Positions 21,895 to 35,100 of a stretch of 57,998 bases of DNA are shown here, piece after piece (positions within the stretch are counted from its first letter, which is position 1; each line of letters opens with the position of its first letter). The notes below the pieces were generated by a model. The model worked only from the letters and a program-made list of their open reading frames with translations. It was not told where the DNA came from and made no database searches. This DNA is from Asterionella formosa (lineage: Eukaryota), in the NCBI GenBank assembly GCA_002256025.1, contig NKIB01013413.1, positions 1 to 57,998 on the forward strand, given 5' to 3'. The position numbers were made by a program, and so were the translations under genes.

Positions 21895-24785
21895 TCACCC
21901 CCTTTTGCTCGGGGTTATGATTGGATTGTCTTGATAAATACTGTCATCGTACATGTTGTTGCTTTGTGGCCGAGAGTCGACCCCGTTTGATCGCGATGGA
22001 AAGAACGGCGACTCAGAAGGATTGTGTCCGTAGTTCATACGGTTTTGCGGAGGTGAAAAAATTCCGCCTCCCGAGTCTCTACGTGTTTGAACGTGTTGTG
22101 GCCCCGCAGATCCAGGAATTCGCTGTTCGGAGAGCATTGTGGTTGGTGACCCATTGCCCGGTTCACTGATATTTGCGGGTTGTGGCTGTCCTCCTGCACC
22201 TTGATATATATCGCCACTGCTCCATATTGCTCCTGGGTTGAAGACGGTTGTTATAAGAAAACGAAGGCCAAGCAGCCCCATGCAGGCGAAGACGATAGCT
22301 CCGAATGCACCCCAGACAGCAGGAGAAAGAAGATAATCAAAAAAGTCAAAAAAAATTACAAATCGATCAATGCTGGGACAAAATCCTTCAGCATTCGAAA
22401 TTTTCCTGTCGTCGCAATATGCTGCACACTTCGATTCGTCAAAAGATCCATTTTTGCATTCACATGCTGGGCATGATGGGCACTCCGTTGCTTGAATTTT
22501 CTTTCTTTCACCCTCGACTGCTCGCTTTACAGCAATTTCAATCTCAAGTTCTTTCGCGGCCATGACCTCATTGCGAACTCGATTCTCCAGATCGTACAAT
22601 TCCACCTCTTCAACGATAACATCGCGCCATACAGTTGTAGCTTCGTTGCCGGCCTTGTCCAAAACATTGTAAGGAACGCGCCACATGAATTCAGACTTTT
22701 GAACAGGATTGCCCACTTTGACGAGTTGGGTAATGTCAATAGGACCTCTGAAGGTGTGATCAGTGGCCTTCACACAGTCAGATGGCTTCGGGTTTGGTTT
22801 TCCGTGAGTAGCGCAAAGTTCGGCACCAGCAGTTGCTTGAATCAAATCCTGGCAGGATGACAACGTTAGTGAGTTCGACGAAAATGGAATCAATATAATA
22901 GTAATATATCACATACTGTACATACCTTCAGATTGCTCCCATAGTGCCCCCTTTGCTCACTACATATTTCCTGTGTCTTTTCAGATACACCTTTTCCGCT
23001 CATGATGCCATTAAGGCCTCCACAGCGACAAGTCTTAAAAACCTTTGGGTTCGGTCCCAGAATTTCAATTACCGGCTTCCTGTTGTCGATACAACTAGTT
23101 CCTCCATTGAAACCAACAGGTTTTTCTTTGGAACCGAATGACACACTTCCCTTGAATCCGTCTCCAGTTGTAAACTTTGGGCATTTGCAGGTATAGCTTC
23201 CAATAGTGTTTTCGCAAGTAGCTCCAGCGTCAACATCACACTGGGGAATCAGTATTGGGCAAATTGTCTCATAGGTAGAAGGGTTCAATGAACATTCATC
23301 AATATCTTCGATAATCACTCGTCGCGTCACACGAACATAAGGAGGCGACGTCCATGGTGTTGCAACAGTGTAATTGACATGAAATTCTCCAATCGTGGTC
23401 AAGCAACCATGTGGCAAGGGTTTACTATAGGTAATTCTTAATGATCGAAGGTAGTCTTCTGCATTCTCATCCAATACATCCACAGCGTATTCTTTATACA
23501 TGTCTCCTTGAATGAGGCGGAGGGTGTGGTCACCATGAGGATCATGGCGAAGTTTCAAGACTGGTGCAGTTTCGTCCACGCAGCCATATCCATCATTGTT
23601 ATTTACGAATCCAGGCTTGCATGCGCATATAGGAGTGTTTCCGGAAGTCACTATACAAACTTCTTGGTTCCCTTGTTTAAAAAAGTGTTCCATTAAAAAC
23701 GGAAAAAATACGCATATGGCAAACACTTCAATATCCTCACTTACCTTCACAAGCCGGAAAGCCTTCACAGGCGTCCACCTGCGGTTGTGTACATCCGCAA
23801 AAGTAGTTGTTCTTCAATGTCTCTTCTGTAGGGGTTTTTCCGTCGAACTTGACCATTGGCTTTGGAATTGGGTCTATACCCTTGCGACAACGATGTCCAT
23901 TGCCCATGAGTCCGTGAGGACAATTGCACCGATAGTGAGGCTTGCTCAACGGAGTGTCAGCTCGGGCGCAATGAGCACTGGCGTCACAATCATTCTGGTT
24001 TCCAGCCGCGCAAGGATCGAATGGACATCGGAAGGCAGATCGGCACGCTTGTCCTCCCTTGGAATGTGCGAATTCCGCACAGCATCCCTGAGTGGAAGCG
24101 CTTGACGGACAGGAGCTTTCGCTGGCAAGGCCATACGAAACCTCCCACGAGCTCCTTCCTTGCTGAGAAGCATTGACGAAAAATGCAGCATCCCCTACGA
24201 TATCAATAGGTCCCATCTCTCCCAATTTGGGGCACAAGCACTCATACGATCCGATGGTATTGACACACATGGCAGGCTCCAGGCATCGATGTCGCATGTA
24301 ATGTCCCGGGGGCAGCAGACACTCGTTTGTGTCTTCAATCGAGAACGGAAGCTGGAAGCACTGAACAATCACGTCGCGCCCTTCTTGATCCAGTGAAATG
24401 GCTTCGCCGGCATCCCGATTGTCGGCATCTTGAACGGCCGATGCGAGGCGCGTCACCTTGCATTGCACGATATGTTCCCCCACCCTGCCATGCAGGTCTC
24501 CGCCGGTCCACTCGACTTCGACGTCCACGACGCCTTCCAATTCTCGATTCACTCGCTCCACAACTACCGGGAGCTTGACGAATGGAACAGAAGCAAAACA
24601 GTGAGTAATGGAAACAGACGCTGCCGATCACGGCCCGACAACTACAAATAGCTTACAACGCCTGAAAGATCGCGAGGTGCTTTCTCTTGAGTGTACGTTA
24701 AGGAACTCTTCAGCAGTTCGCATCTGCTCTCGGCTTGGAGCAGAGAGGCCCACGACAGCAAAAGAAAGGCGACGGACTTCATCAT
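21895..24785 (-). CDS. Type I membrane protein with EGF/EGF-Ca repeats and DUF5011-like Ig domains; exons 24785-24657, 24573-23745, 23671-22926 and 22848-21895
   Basis: Signal peptide MMKSVAFLLLSWASLLQA. EGF-Ca motifs DTNEC...CVNTIGSYECLC and DIDEC...CENTIGSYTCKC. Ig-like D.TAPVLKL and YNVLDKAGNEATTVWRDVIV. TM segment AVWGAFGAIVFACMGLLGL. Three phase-compatible GT-AG introns. Confidence 0.85.
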
Positions 24786-24949
24786 TCACTTCATCAGCAC
24801 AAGAACTAGCTACGAGTGAATTCGTTTGAAACCAAATGCCGTTCACCAGCCAGTGTTAGTGGTAATATTTTGTAAAAATGAAACCAACATCATACCAATT
24901 CATGTCGTACTATTAGCTTCGATGATGCGCGCATGATTTCGGTGCGAGC

Positions 24950-25146
24950 ACCTGGTACCAGATACACACAGTAAGTATTCCACTTGGTAGATTGCATTCG
25001 TAGGAAGTAGGTATAGGATACCGGTACTGTACCGGTTGCTTGTGTAAAACAACTACCTGGTACCAGGTACCGGTTCCGGTACATGTACTCCTACCTGGTT
25101 CCTGGTACCTGGTACCAGGTACCGGTGCATAGCAGCATACCGGTAG
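24950..25146. repeat. Dense cluster of TA-CCWGG-TA and TA-CCGG-TA palindromic words
   Basis: Perfect palindromes TACCTGGTACCAGGTA (25054-25069) and GGTACCTGGTACCAGGTACC (25104-25123). Confidence 0.85.
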
Positions 25147-26192
25147 AAAAATGATGCCAGTCGTGAGATCAGATCAACAGTGCATCTATATGTAGTTTCC
25201 TCCTCTAGTCTCCTGATTAGGTACACATACCACACACGATTACATGATTAATTCAAGAATACATGGATTAAGGTCATGTATTGACTGCCACAGTTAAGTG
25301 AGGAACTTTCAGGAGAAGTTCTCTCTCACCTTTAAGTCGATGACTCGAGGATGCACTCAGATTTAGTTGAGGCCAAATTTGATAAATGATTGACTTGACA
25401 ATAGCAGATATGCATAATGAATCAAGGAACAATCAGGAAACAAACTAGATATGATCTAGGTGGTGCTGATTAACTAGAAATTCTATAAGCAATCTTTGAT
25501 CAAATAAAGCATGTTGGCCTAGCTAATGTTGACTCACTTCTTTGTACAAGCAACAAGTAGGCAAGTAGTAGCAATGCACAACGAAAACAATAATTTGTGT
25601 TGCAACATTCTTCTAGCAAATTTTACTTTAAATACTACTGGAATTACAGCACTTCTCAACTATGGAGAGCCACTGAAAAACTAATAGGGAAAAACTGATT
25701 CGGCATACCTGGTACAGGTAAAGCTTTGCTGTCAGATCTAGGCCAGCTGATGGCGGTTCTTTTGGACATTGATAAACAACCTGGAGATGTTCAAAGGTGA
25801 TCCTGGTGCTGTTGGTTGAAAAATAATCTAAAGTTAGGTTCATTTATGCCGTAATACAGTGAAGTAAATGGGGTGATGCTGAATCAATCAAATACTAGTG
25901 AAGGCCATTGTTGACTTCTGAATTAAGAGAACCATATTAAGAAACGAAATCATTGCTCTAAGGGTATTATTTTAATCTATAACATACTTTGTGATTACCT
26001 AGTTCAGAAGGAATAACTGGTTGCTATTCATCACAGCAAGAAATACATTATATAAATTAGATACATACAATGATCCATCCATGATGTAAAAGTTAAGACA
26101 ACTACTGAAGGAGCATCTGTTTATCGATAAAATTTCTTCGCTGCATAACAGGTTCCACACTTTTCGAATTTCAAATGTATACATGGACGCTG

Positions 26193-27209
26193 TCAGCCAC
26201 GAGGGGAACGATGCATTGCATTATAGTAGGGCTGCTGCATCCCATGTTGCTGTTGATACTGTTGCAGGAGTGGCATCATATGTGCTGGCGCTGCGGGGAC
26301 AAGGACAGGGATGATCATCCCAGGTGGAACTCCTTCAGGGACAATGACTTGAACAGGGTAACCGGCGGGAGTGTGAACGATCATAAGTCGTTCAGGCATC
26401 AAATGCGGAGGTACTTGTACTTGAATTGTCATGTATCCAGGAGGGATGTACTGTTGCTGATGTTGTGGACTGGCGAACTGTTGATGTTGAGGCGAGGAAA
26501 ACGGCGGCAACGACGAAGAACCTAATTCGGGTCCTGGCGTTGGTAGGTCCATACTTTTTGCTTTATTTGATGGAGTTGAAGTTGCAAGAGCAGCAATGTT
26601 GATACCGCCAGCACTGACCTGTTCATTTTCGGGGTTTTGCTTCGTTTCTTCTTGAGCGTTTTCCATTTCATCCCTTCCCTCTGAAGCGGCCTGCTTCTGC
26701 GCCGCTGCAATCGCTTGAGCTTCAACATCTTCCGCTCTAGGCGCATTGATTATGGCCAGTGGAGCCTCAGAGTCGGTGGTTCTTACAGCACTAAGCAAAA
26801 TGGAGAGTTTGTCTGGATCAATAGTCACGTCCGTCAAGGTCACTTTCGCTGACGATATAGGAGTAATGAATGCCGGAAGGGGAAGTGCAGACGCATCTGG
26901 AGACGCCTGAAAAGCCGACCAGGCAAAACTTTCTGAAACAGGCTTATTCTCTGGTTGTTTCTTGTTGCTGTTTGGATTCTTCGTAGCGGACCCCTTGTTG
27001 CTGGTGTTGCTATTCGGTTGTTTCTGTTTCGTCTTTTTCGCGCCGCCCTCCCGCTTGTTTTTGCTGGATTTCTTGCAGCTGGGGACGCTGAAGTCTGATA
27101 AAATCGCTGTCTCCTGTTTCTCCGAGCTAGATGCTGCTGTCCCTCCACCACCGCCGATTCCAAGCATTCCTTTTAGCGCTGCCGTTGCAGATTCGTTGGT
27201 GTTCATCAT
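26193..27209 (-). CDS. Intrinsically disordered protein with a PNRC/Edc1-like decapping-activator motif
   Basis: FAWSAFQASPDASALPLPAF (26927-26868) fits the [YF]AGxxF..SP....LPxPxF pattern, with W replacing G. The rest is K/N-rich and Q/P-rich low complexity. Confidence 0.7.
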   Translation of the reverse strand: MMNTNESATAALKGMLGIGGGGGTAASSSEKQETAILSDFSVPSCKKSSKNKREGGAKKTKQKQPNSNTSNKGSATKNPNSNKKQPENKPVSESFAWSAFQASPDASALPLPAFITPISSAKVTLTDVTIDPDKLSILLSAVRTTDSEAPLAIINAPRAEDVEAQAIAAAQKQAASEGRDEMENAQEETKQNPENEQVSAGGINIAALATSTPSNKAKSMDLPTPGPELGSSSLPPFSSPQHQQFASPQHQQQYIPPGYMTIQVQVPPHLMPERLMIVHTPAGYPVQVIVPEGVPPGMIIPVLVPAAPAHMMPLLQQYQQQHGMQQPYYNAMHRSPRG

Positions 27210-27344
27210 TGTCGTGTCGATGTTTACAATATATTGACTGTCTACTTTTGCAACAATCAGAGCCAACAGACGCGGACACAGGGAACAAGTCTCAGTCCCC
27301 TCTCAATACCCGGTAATGATGTTCCTATTGTTTGCAGTCATTTT

Positions 27345-27572
27345 ATACCTGGTACCCTTGGTACGTAGTCTAATATTGCTGCTTTGATGGGATGTATTGA
27401 CAGTTATACGACCGGTGCCAGGTAGTTCGGTGATGGTACCAGGTACTGGACTCACGCACCAGGTACGCACCACCGGTTGGCTTCTTCGAGTTTCTGTGAA
27501 GACGAGTGCTGTGGTCGGATCATCACATCGACGGTAGTACCAGGTACAATTATATTTTACATGCACCGGTAT
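27345..27572. repeat. Cluster of TA-CCWGG-TA and ACCGGT words upstream of the PNRC-like gene
   Basis: TACCTGGTAC, GGTACCAGGTAC, CCAGGTAC, GTACCAGGTAC and ACCGGTA. Confidence 0.75.
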
Positions 27573-27807
27573 ATACATAGACAGAAATTCCAACTTCCCA
27601 TCCTTGCCAAAGAACAAATAGTGTTGTGATATCTTGGAAAGGCTACTATTGTAAACAGGATCCTCAGCCATGTTTGTTTTGTTTGTCATCATTGCCAGCT
27701 TGGTTGTTGGCTCCTACAGCAATATTTTCGATGTTTGAATTGGGATCCAAAGCAATCATGATTTTTGTTTTGTTCATCATCATTGCCTGCTTGGTTGTTG
27801 GTTCCAG

Positions 27808-28071
27808 TTATTACTACAACACATCCTAAAATCAGCTAAACTCTATGCTCTCATGTGATTTTTTCATCATATATCTATCCTAAACATGATCATAATTCAA
27901 ATCACAAGCATTGTTCAAAATAGATTGAAATGGATCCCAATTTCACTATCAAATTTAGCAATGTTACTATCTATGATTCTACAGACCAGCAACCCAATGT
28001 TTCTCTCTCTTCTTGAATCGATGTATATTGTTCCTGTCTCGCCCATTTATTCCTCTATTCTGAATCATGTG
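27808..28071 (+). repeat. Left arm of a ~265-bp diverged inverted repeat pair
   Basis: Aligns to the reverse complement of 42985-43249. Shared blocks include ATCCTAAAATCAGCT, TCTATCCTAAACATGATCATA, ATCACAAGCATTGTTCAAAA and TTCCTGTCTCGCCC. Confidence 0.9.
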
Positions 28072-29031
28072 CCGGGCAGTGCCTACTTATATTGCATCTC
28101 TTTCCCTGCTGTTAGTGTCCCCCTGAACTTGCTGACTATTCTGTTGTTTGATAGGTTTTATTGTCCTATGCAGTGACAGTAACAATGAGAAGGAATGACT
28201 TGTTAGTTAGTCATGTTACACTGACACTACATCACGCAATTCCATTGTATCCTCTTGCTTCACTTACCACAAATCAAAGCAACTGATGCATTTGTCTGTA
28301 GTAAATTGTTAGTCAATTCTTGAATAAGTTAAGTTTCAAGTATCCAATCTTGTTGAATAAAACTTACCGATTAATTTCCTTAGCTTGACATTCAAAGAAG
28401 TTAAATTTATCTGTCAGTTATGTTCCAACAGTAGTGAATAGGTCAAACAACAAGGGCGCTTACCTGGTACTCCCAAACAAGAAAAATACCACATTGATGG
28501 CTTCATTACCTTAAACATACTCCCCTGCAATGTTCTTCCTTATTACATAAACTTTCCTTGTGAGATGCTTTACTACGATATTTCTTTTCATGAAGCAGGC
28601 ATTGTTTGTTAGCATGTCAGAACGATTTCAAATAAATTTGCCATGTATATAGTTATAAAATTTGTAAATACATAAACATATTAAGTGTCATACATTTATA
28701 AAATTCAAAGGCACTCTCGATATGGCATGGCCGGTATTATTGAGATGATCATTTTCGCATATACATAATTCGAAAATATTCAATGCATGATATGTCTCTT
28801 GTTTTCCATGACCTCATGTACCATTACCGTTTCTGAAATTTGTTTGCATCAATATTTTCTACATCCATTGGAACTACTTATTTAGTAGACCATTCAATTG
28901 GTGGAAGTCACAACCCATTTGTATACTTAATTATATGCAAGGATTTTGGTATCTAACTATTTAAGCCCCTATTTGGATCCATATACAGCGTACTTGTAGC
29001 AGATAGGAAGTGATATACTGGGGGTAGTCGG

Positions 29032-29241
29032 AGTAGTAAGCAAGCAACAGAATACTATATGTTCAGGACTGTTGCTACTGCAGTGGGACAGTAAATCATC
29101 ATAATTTCAGGATCATATGATTGTAAAATTGAAAGGGGGTGGTTGGAGTAGTAAGCGAGCAACAGCACACCATATGTTCAAGACTGTTGCTATTACAGTG
29201 GGACAGCAAAGCATCATAGTTTCAGGATTGTATAATTGTAT
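29032..29241. repeat. Diverged tandem duplication, period about 115 bp
   Basis: GAGTAGTAAGC..GCAACAG...ATATGTTCA.GACTGTTGCTA...CAGTGGGACAG..ATCATA.TTTCAGGAT occurs twice. Confidence 0.85.
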
Positions 29242-30984
29242 TATTGAAAACAATATATGCTATTACTCAAACTCAGTTCTGATTTTTTATATGATAATGT
29301 AAATAGCACTGTTGGTCTTATGGTATCATATCTAGACAGCGTAAAATATTATATGTAGTGGCTGATGATTCATTTCATTGTAGCTAGCAACACCTGATTT
29401 TAAGATCATTGAACTTTAAGGAAGAGAACGACAACAGTTATCTAGTAGTACAATTTCTTAAAAAACCATAAAGAGGTCCATGGAACAAGCGACATGTGGC
29501 AAATACTGCCGGTATGGAACAAAGAAGCAAGTACCAAAATGAGTTCACAAAAAAAAGCGAATAGGCGATTATCCAAAGGAACCCAATCGGCGACAGGGAG
29601 TTAGTGGGGATACTACCCCATTGTCAATGGGGACACCATCACCTACTAGTACACAGGATCCCCTAATTAATACTGAAACCCACAATGACGTTTCTTTTTC
29701 AGTTGTTGATATAAGAAAAATGGCTCCTGTTGATGATACAATTAATAACTCCTGGATGCAGATGGACAACATGGTACTACCATATCATAAATTTTCTAAT
29801 CGCACAGACCAACAAGTACATGACAAACTGTGGGAAAAACACATTGCACTTGCCAAATGATATTATCAATTGGTCGATTAACTCAATCACTGCAAAGGTC
29901 GTAATTCGGTTTAAAACTCGTCCATACGAGGTTATCAAGAATCTTCTATTTCAGCAGCCTTATCAGAACATGGTCCTTCCCGCTCAGCTAAAATTGAACC
30001 ATCAATTGTCACAAACAAGGTTGTGAGTTATATTTTCAAGACCAAGAAGTTTTGCTTTGAACATGTAAGTTTGAGGTTATAGCTCGCGAATTGCAGGTAC
30101 TGTAAAACAGAATATCAATCTAATGTGCTTTTTTCTGGTCCCAAAAGAGAATCAAACATCCCGCCCTGCCTATCTGGTCCAAGTAGTTTGAAAGGCATTT
30201 CCAATCACAAACAGGATTGGTTTGCCCAATTTTGCCTAACTCAGCTATACACAATGAAACCGGAGTTACGCAAAGAAGTGGAGAGTGACCCAGAGCTTGC
30301 CGATTTCATATGGAATGGTTCTGATGCACTACTTCCGATGAATCAGACCATTGAACGTATCAACAAGGCATGTTTAGATTACATCAAATCAACATATGGT
30401 GGCATGTGCATTAAAAGGTTGAGAGAATGTCAGAATGTATTGAATAATCAATGTAAAGGGATCTTAGGTAAGTTCTTGCAGGGAGATGCTCTGAAAGCAT
30501 GATGCTTTGAGTAGATGATCAAATTCTTATCAAATATGTTTCAATTTAAAAATGCTACTCTAAGGATAATGCACAAAATGGTTGTTTTCCTCCTCATCTG
30601 ATCTTTTGCAATAAACAATTAGCACATAGTTACTGTCATGACAAAGTGGATAACAATCACCTTGGTATAAATACGGTTTGTTCTTACCTTTTTCTAGGTT
30701 CTCATCCAGATCAAATATAACCTTCCTTTACCTCAGTTGGATGAAGTTCATGAATTATATAATGGATCATAGAGGTAATTGTTTCAAGGTCCCAATATGC
30801 AATATCATTAAAATCTGAAGATGACTTTTTGATACCTTTGACTCCTCCATAAAATACAGAGGCATAATTGCATATTTCTTGTGGGGTATGTGTATGTGTG
30901 TACAAATCTTTCCATAATTTTAGTTGTCCATGCGTTTTCGGTAAACTCAAGGAAAATGCAGTTTGCTTTGGCATAATAACTCTA

Positions 30985-31143
30985 CACATTTCACATGCTG
31001 ACTCTTCACAAAAGTAAGCTAGCTGCCTTAAGGATTGTTCTCAATGATTTTACAAAGAAATTCTTTTTCTTCCACATTTCACATGCCGACTCTTCACAAA
31101 AGTAGCTGCCTTCGGGATTTTTCTTGATGATTTTACAAAGAAA
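30985..31143. repeat. Diverged tandem duplication, period about 88 bp
   Basis: CACATTTCACATGC.GACTCTTCACAAAAGTA...GCTGCCTT..GGATT....ATGATTTTACAAAGAAA occurs twice. Confidence 0.85.
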
Positions 31144-32070
31144 CAATCCTAATCGTTTTCTTCCATGTATGATTTGGAAAAAGATTCAATTTCCTGCTTC
31201 AAACTTTGTTCCCGACTCAGTGCATCAACTGTCTTAGCCAGCATCACATCTCTGTCTGCATTGATATTCTTGAATTCGTGGTCTTGATCTAGCTCGGACT
31301 TTTTCTTGAATATCTTTTCTTTTAGAAATGCAGTAGGTTCTCTGCTTTCATGATGTTCATCTTGATGTTCTGGACGAATAATGAGACATTTCTTGGTTTT
31401 GAAACTTTTCAACCATTTCTTCTTCAGATGTGATGTCTCCTACATTTCCGCCGGTATTTTCATTCATCGAATGAAATTGATCATCAAATGAATGAGAATC
31501 ACTGAGTTCTTCTTCATTATCAGCGATGTCAGGAGAATGAGGAGCGAAATACAACACTGGAAGGAACTGTGACTCTGTAGGAATAGAGTCTTCATCCACA
31601 AAGAACAACTGTTTGGGTTTCCTCTTCGAAAGCAATCTTTCCTTCTTTTCAATCTCTGCCACTATTGTATCAGCATCCTTCATTATTTTTTCTGGAGTAT
31701 TATGAATCTGATCAAATTCATCTGATCCCTCTTTGAGTGTATTCAAAGGAATCTTCGATTGATTTCATAAGTTTCTTCATCTTCTTTTCCGAAAACATAT
31801 TTTTAAGTCGGGTAGTGTAAACAACAGACGGATGTAAGTCATGTTTCTTGTTTGACTGATCCTTTCCATGAAATCCATGAAATGCCATTTGGAAAGCTGT
31901 CAAAGGGCCAAAAGACTATGATGTAAAACAGTGGGTTGGAAATGCGGAGCTTTTCGCGGCGCTTGTGGTGGTACAACAGGTGTGATGTTGCTTGTTGTAA
32001 TTGTTGAACAGAAAACACAGTGTAATATGTATGTTGCGCCAGCGGTTATATATGTAGAGAGTGTTTACAC

Positions 32071-32195
32071 AATACAATACAATACAATACAATACAATAC
32101 AATACAATACAATACAATACAATACAATACAATACAATACAATACAATACAATACAATACAATACAATACAATACAATACAATACAATACAATAC
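32071..32195. repeat. (AATAC)25 perfect pentanucleotide microsatellite
   Basis: Directly visible in the sequence. Confidence 0.98.
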
Positions 32196-35100
32196 ATATA
32201 ACAAGGAAAAACGACACAACAATGAACATGATGGCTGGTTGTGGAGGATACCGGTATGTGATATGCATGCATCCAAATCACAAATGATATTACTTTGGTG
32301 ATGTATATATCAATGCATCTGTTTACTACTTATATTCTATTCACAATATAATACTATCATATCAACTATATTCTTTTACTGTATACATTAAAGGTTGAAT
32401 ATATATATTAACTAGTATAACATCATTCAATGCTATGTATCATATGTTGGTGATGCATGTATCGAAGTAGCCCTATCATAATATCGCATTATCATCTTGT
32501 CAATCATTCCTGGAACTGTATTCTGCATTGTACTACGCAGTATGATACTATAACACGCACTTTAGAAGCTAAGTCACTGCTATAGCTAATGTTTACAAGT
32601 CGACAGTGTATGTTCACACACGCTAAGAAGGTTCGAGGGAACAAAGAGTTCCAACGAGCAAATGATGATACAGGTACCAATTTTTCCAGTGGCAAACCAC
32701 AACGATGAAGGACACTTGTCCCTCTATTGATGATGACACGGACACCGGCTTTTTCATGAGCAAACAACAATGACGAGGGCCACTTTCTGTCGCTCTCTTG
32801 ATGGTATCAAAGATGCAGACAAGTTCAATAGTAAATACAAGTACAGCATGCCAAATGCAGAAACGAGCAATATGAAAAAGAAATTGTAATCAGAATCATT
32901 CTACAACTTTAGCTATGTGGACTTCAGTCTGTTACATTTTCCTATCTCCTTCTATGCTGAATCTCAATAGTAGACGTAGTATCATGTGAGCATTGAAAAT
33001 GTGGACGAGAGCAAGTAGAATGTGTTTGTTTACGAGTTGATTGGCGAGATTGTAATGCTGGTGCTTGACGAAATGGATTTGCTATGTGCGCTGTGTGCGG
33101 AACCATTACGAGTTTGAATGATTTCTTCTCTCCTGTAAACTCTTAATTGAATGATTATGAACAACGTTTCACTGCACATGACAATTACTCAAAGATATAG
33201 TAATGATCACTGGACCAACAATCGAAGAAGTTATCGCAAACAATCATTCCGCTTGTCATCGCTAGTATTTCGTTGTTGTTGTTGCAAAAATCGGAGTGAT
33301 GACGGATGGAAATGACGAGCCAAATTACGTTACTTTAGCTGGTACATTATCCTACCAAGAAATTCAAATACAGGAATCTAATAGAAACAATACATATAAT
33401 AATTAAATATACATAGTCAAAAGGGTTACTATTTCAATTACGAGGGCATTTATTAAAATTATTAGATAATGTAACAAAAAATTATGATCAGATGATCACA
33501 ATCCTATGATTCATCATAAGAATTTGATGGTTTTTATATGCAGACATAGTTTATATTGATACATTCTGTAGAACACGATTCTCAAACCAATAAGACAAGC
33601 AATGCATGTTCATTCTTGCAGCTAGATGCTGTAACTAATCGCAAGATTGCTTGGCTACTCATACTTCCAGGAGTCCCTATTACTATGAGTAACAGGAGTT
33701 TACTTCATAGCAACTGAGCCGGCTGATCCTTCTCATTGTTCAGATTGATTGTTCGTTGTTGAAATAGGGAAACATTTGCAGAGTGAGTTGATGAGAAAAC
33801 AAAAGTTGTGAAGCCATGATTTCGGTTTTGTTGTGCTCCTTACCATGTTGCCCATTGACCAACCCAGCCCTCATCAAATTGATTGTCTGCAATCAATGAA
33901 CAACAGTCGCAGAGTGAGTTCATGAACAAAAGATTGTTAGTACAAAGGAATCCAATTAAAAATGCGAAAGACAAATGATTGATGAACCTGCCTTACACAG
34001 AGCACAACACATTTCATTCTTCCCAAGGTTAACCCTGCCCTGCCAAAAACAGTTTGATTGTTGTAGGAAAAGAACAAGGTTCGCAGAGTATGTTCATGAC
34101 TGACCACTGCTCCAATTCCAAACAGGAAAAAGAAGAGGAAAAACGAAATGGCGGTAGAGGAACTACAACCACAATAAAACATAGTTCCGAACACAAGTCA
34201 AAAAAAACACAATAAAACGTAGTTCCGAACACAAGTCGAAGAACACAATGGTGCAGAGCAACAAGAGGAAGAACGACAACAATGTAACACACAACCTATC
34301 TCCATTTTCCAAAATATTAACTGCTTACCATATATTTCTCGAACTTTCAGATGCATCCTTTCTGCACTACTGACAAGGAATAGCAAAAAATTGCCTGTCT
34401 GTCTCTTCCAGAACTGGCCCACAACAGAGTCCTCGTTGCTTTTCTGGAAGCAAAGAACACGATTCACAGAGTAAGATCAGCCAGGATGGCTGCTTAAGCT
34501 CACACAAGAAATTTTTCCATTTATTAACAAACAATGAATATTCAGTTCAAACGGAGGGCAAAGAACAAGTAAGAAAAGGGTATACAGCCACCACAGTAGC
34601 CACAATGCACCACCAGCCAGCTCCTTGTTTCCAACAATAAGATCAAAAGGGATAACATTAGAAACAACAGTGATAGCGACAATGTCAAGAACAACAACGA
34701 CAACAACCACAATGCAAAATGCATTTTACCACGAAAGTGATATTTTGTTCCTTTACCATGTTCTAGTCAGCAGCTGTTTTCCATTAAAAGAAACCTGGCG
34801 CAGACGGTCCTCCTCATATACCTTCGCTTTGTACTAGCCATGTGTACATTTTACATAACAAAAAGATGGCGCGCAGTCTATGCTTTGTCAGTATACTTTT
34901 TGGCAAGCAATTCAGAACTCACGAAAATCTGACTTACATGGTCAATCGTCAGGATTTTTAACGTTGTGATTTGCAATCGATTAGTAATGGTAATGCTATA
35001 TGGCCCTAAATAGGATGTCTGAATTAATTCAACTTTTTTCCCACCTTTTCGGAGCGTCTACAAGCAAAACTACCGCTACAACAATGACTCTAACAAGGAA

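Noticed and set aside
31916..32287. ORFs with CIVLY and TIQYN repeats
   Set aside because: They are translations of the (AATAC)25 microsatellite.
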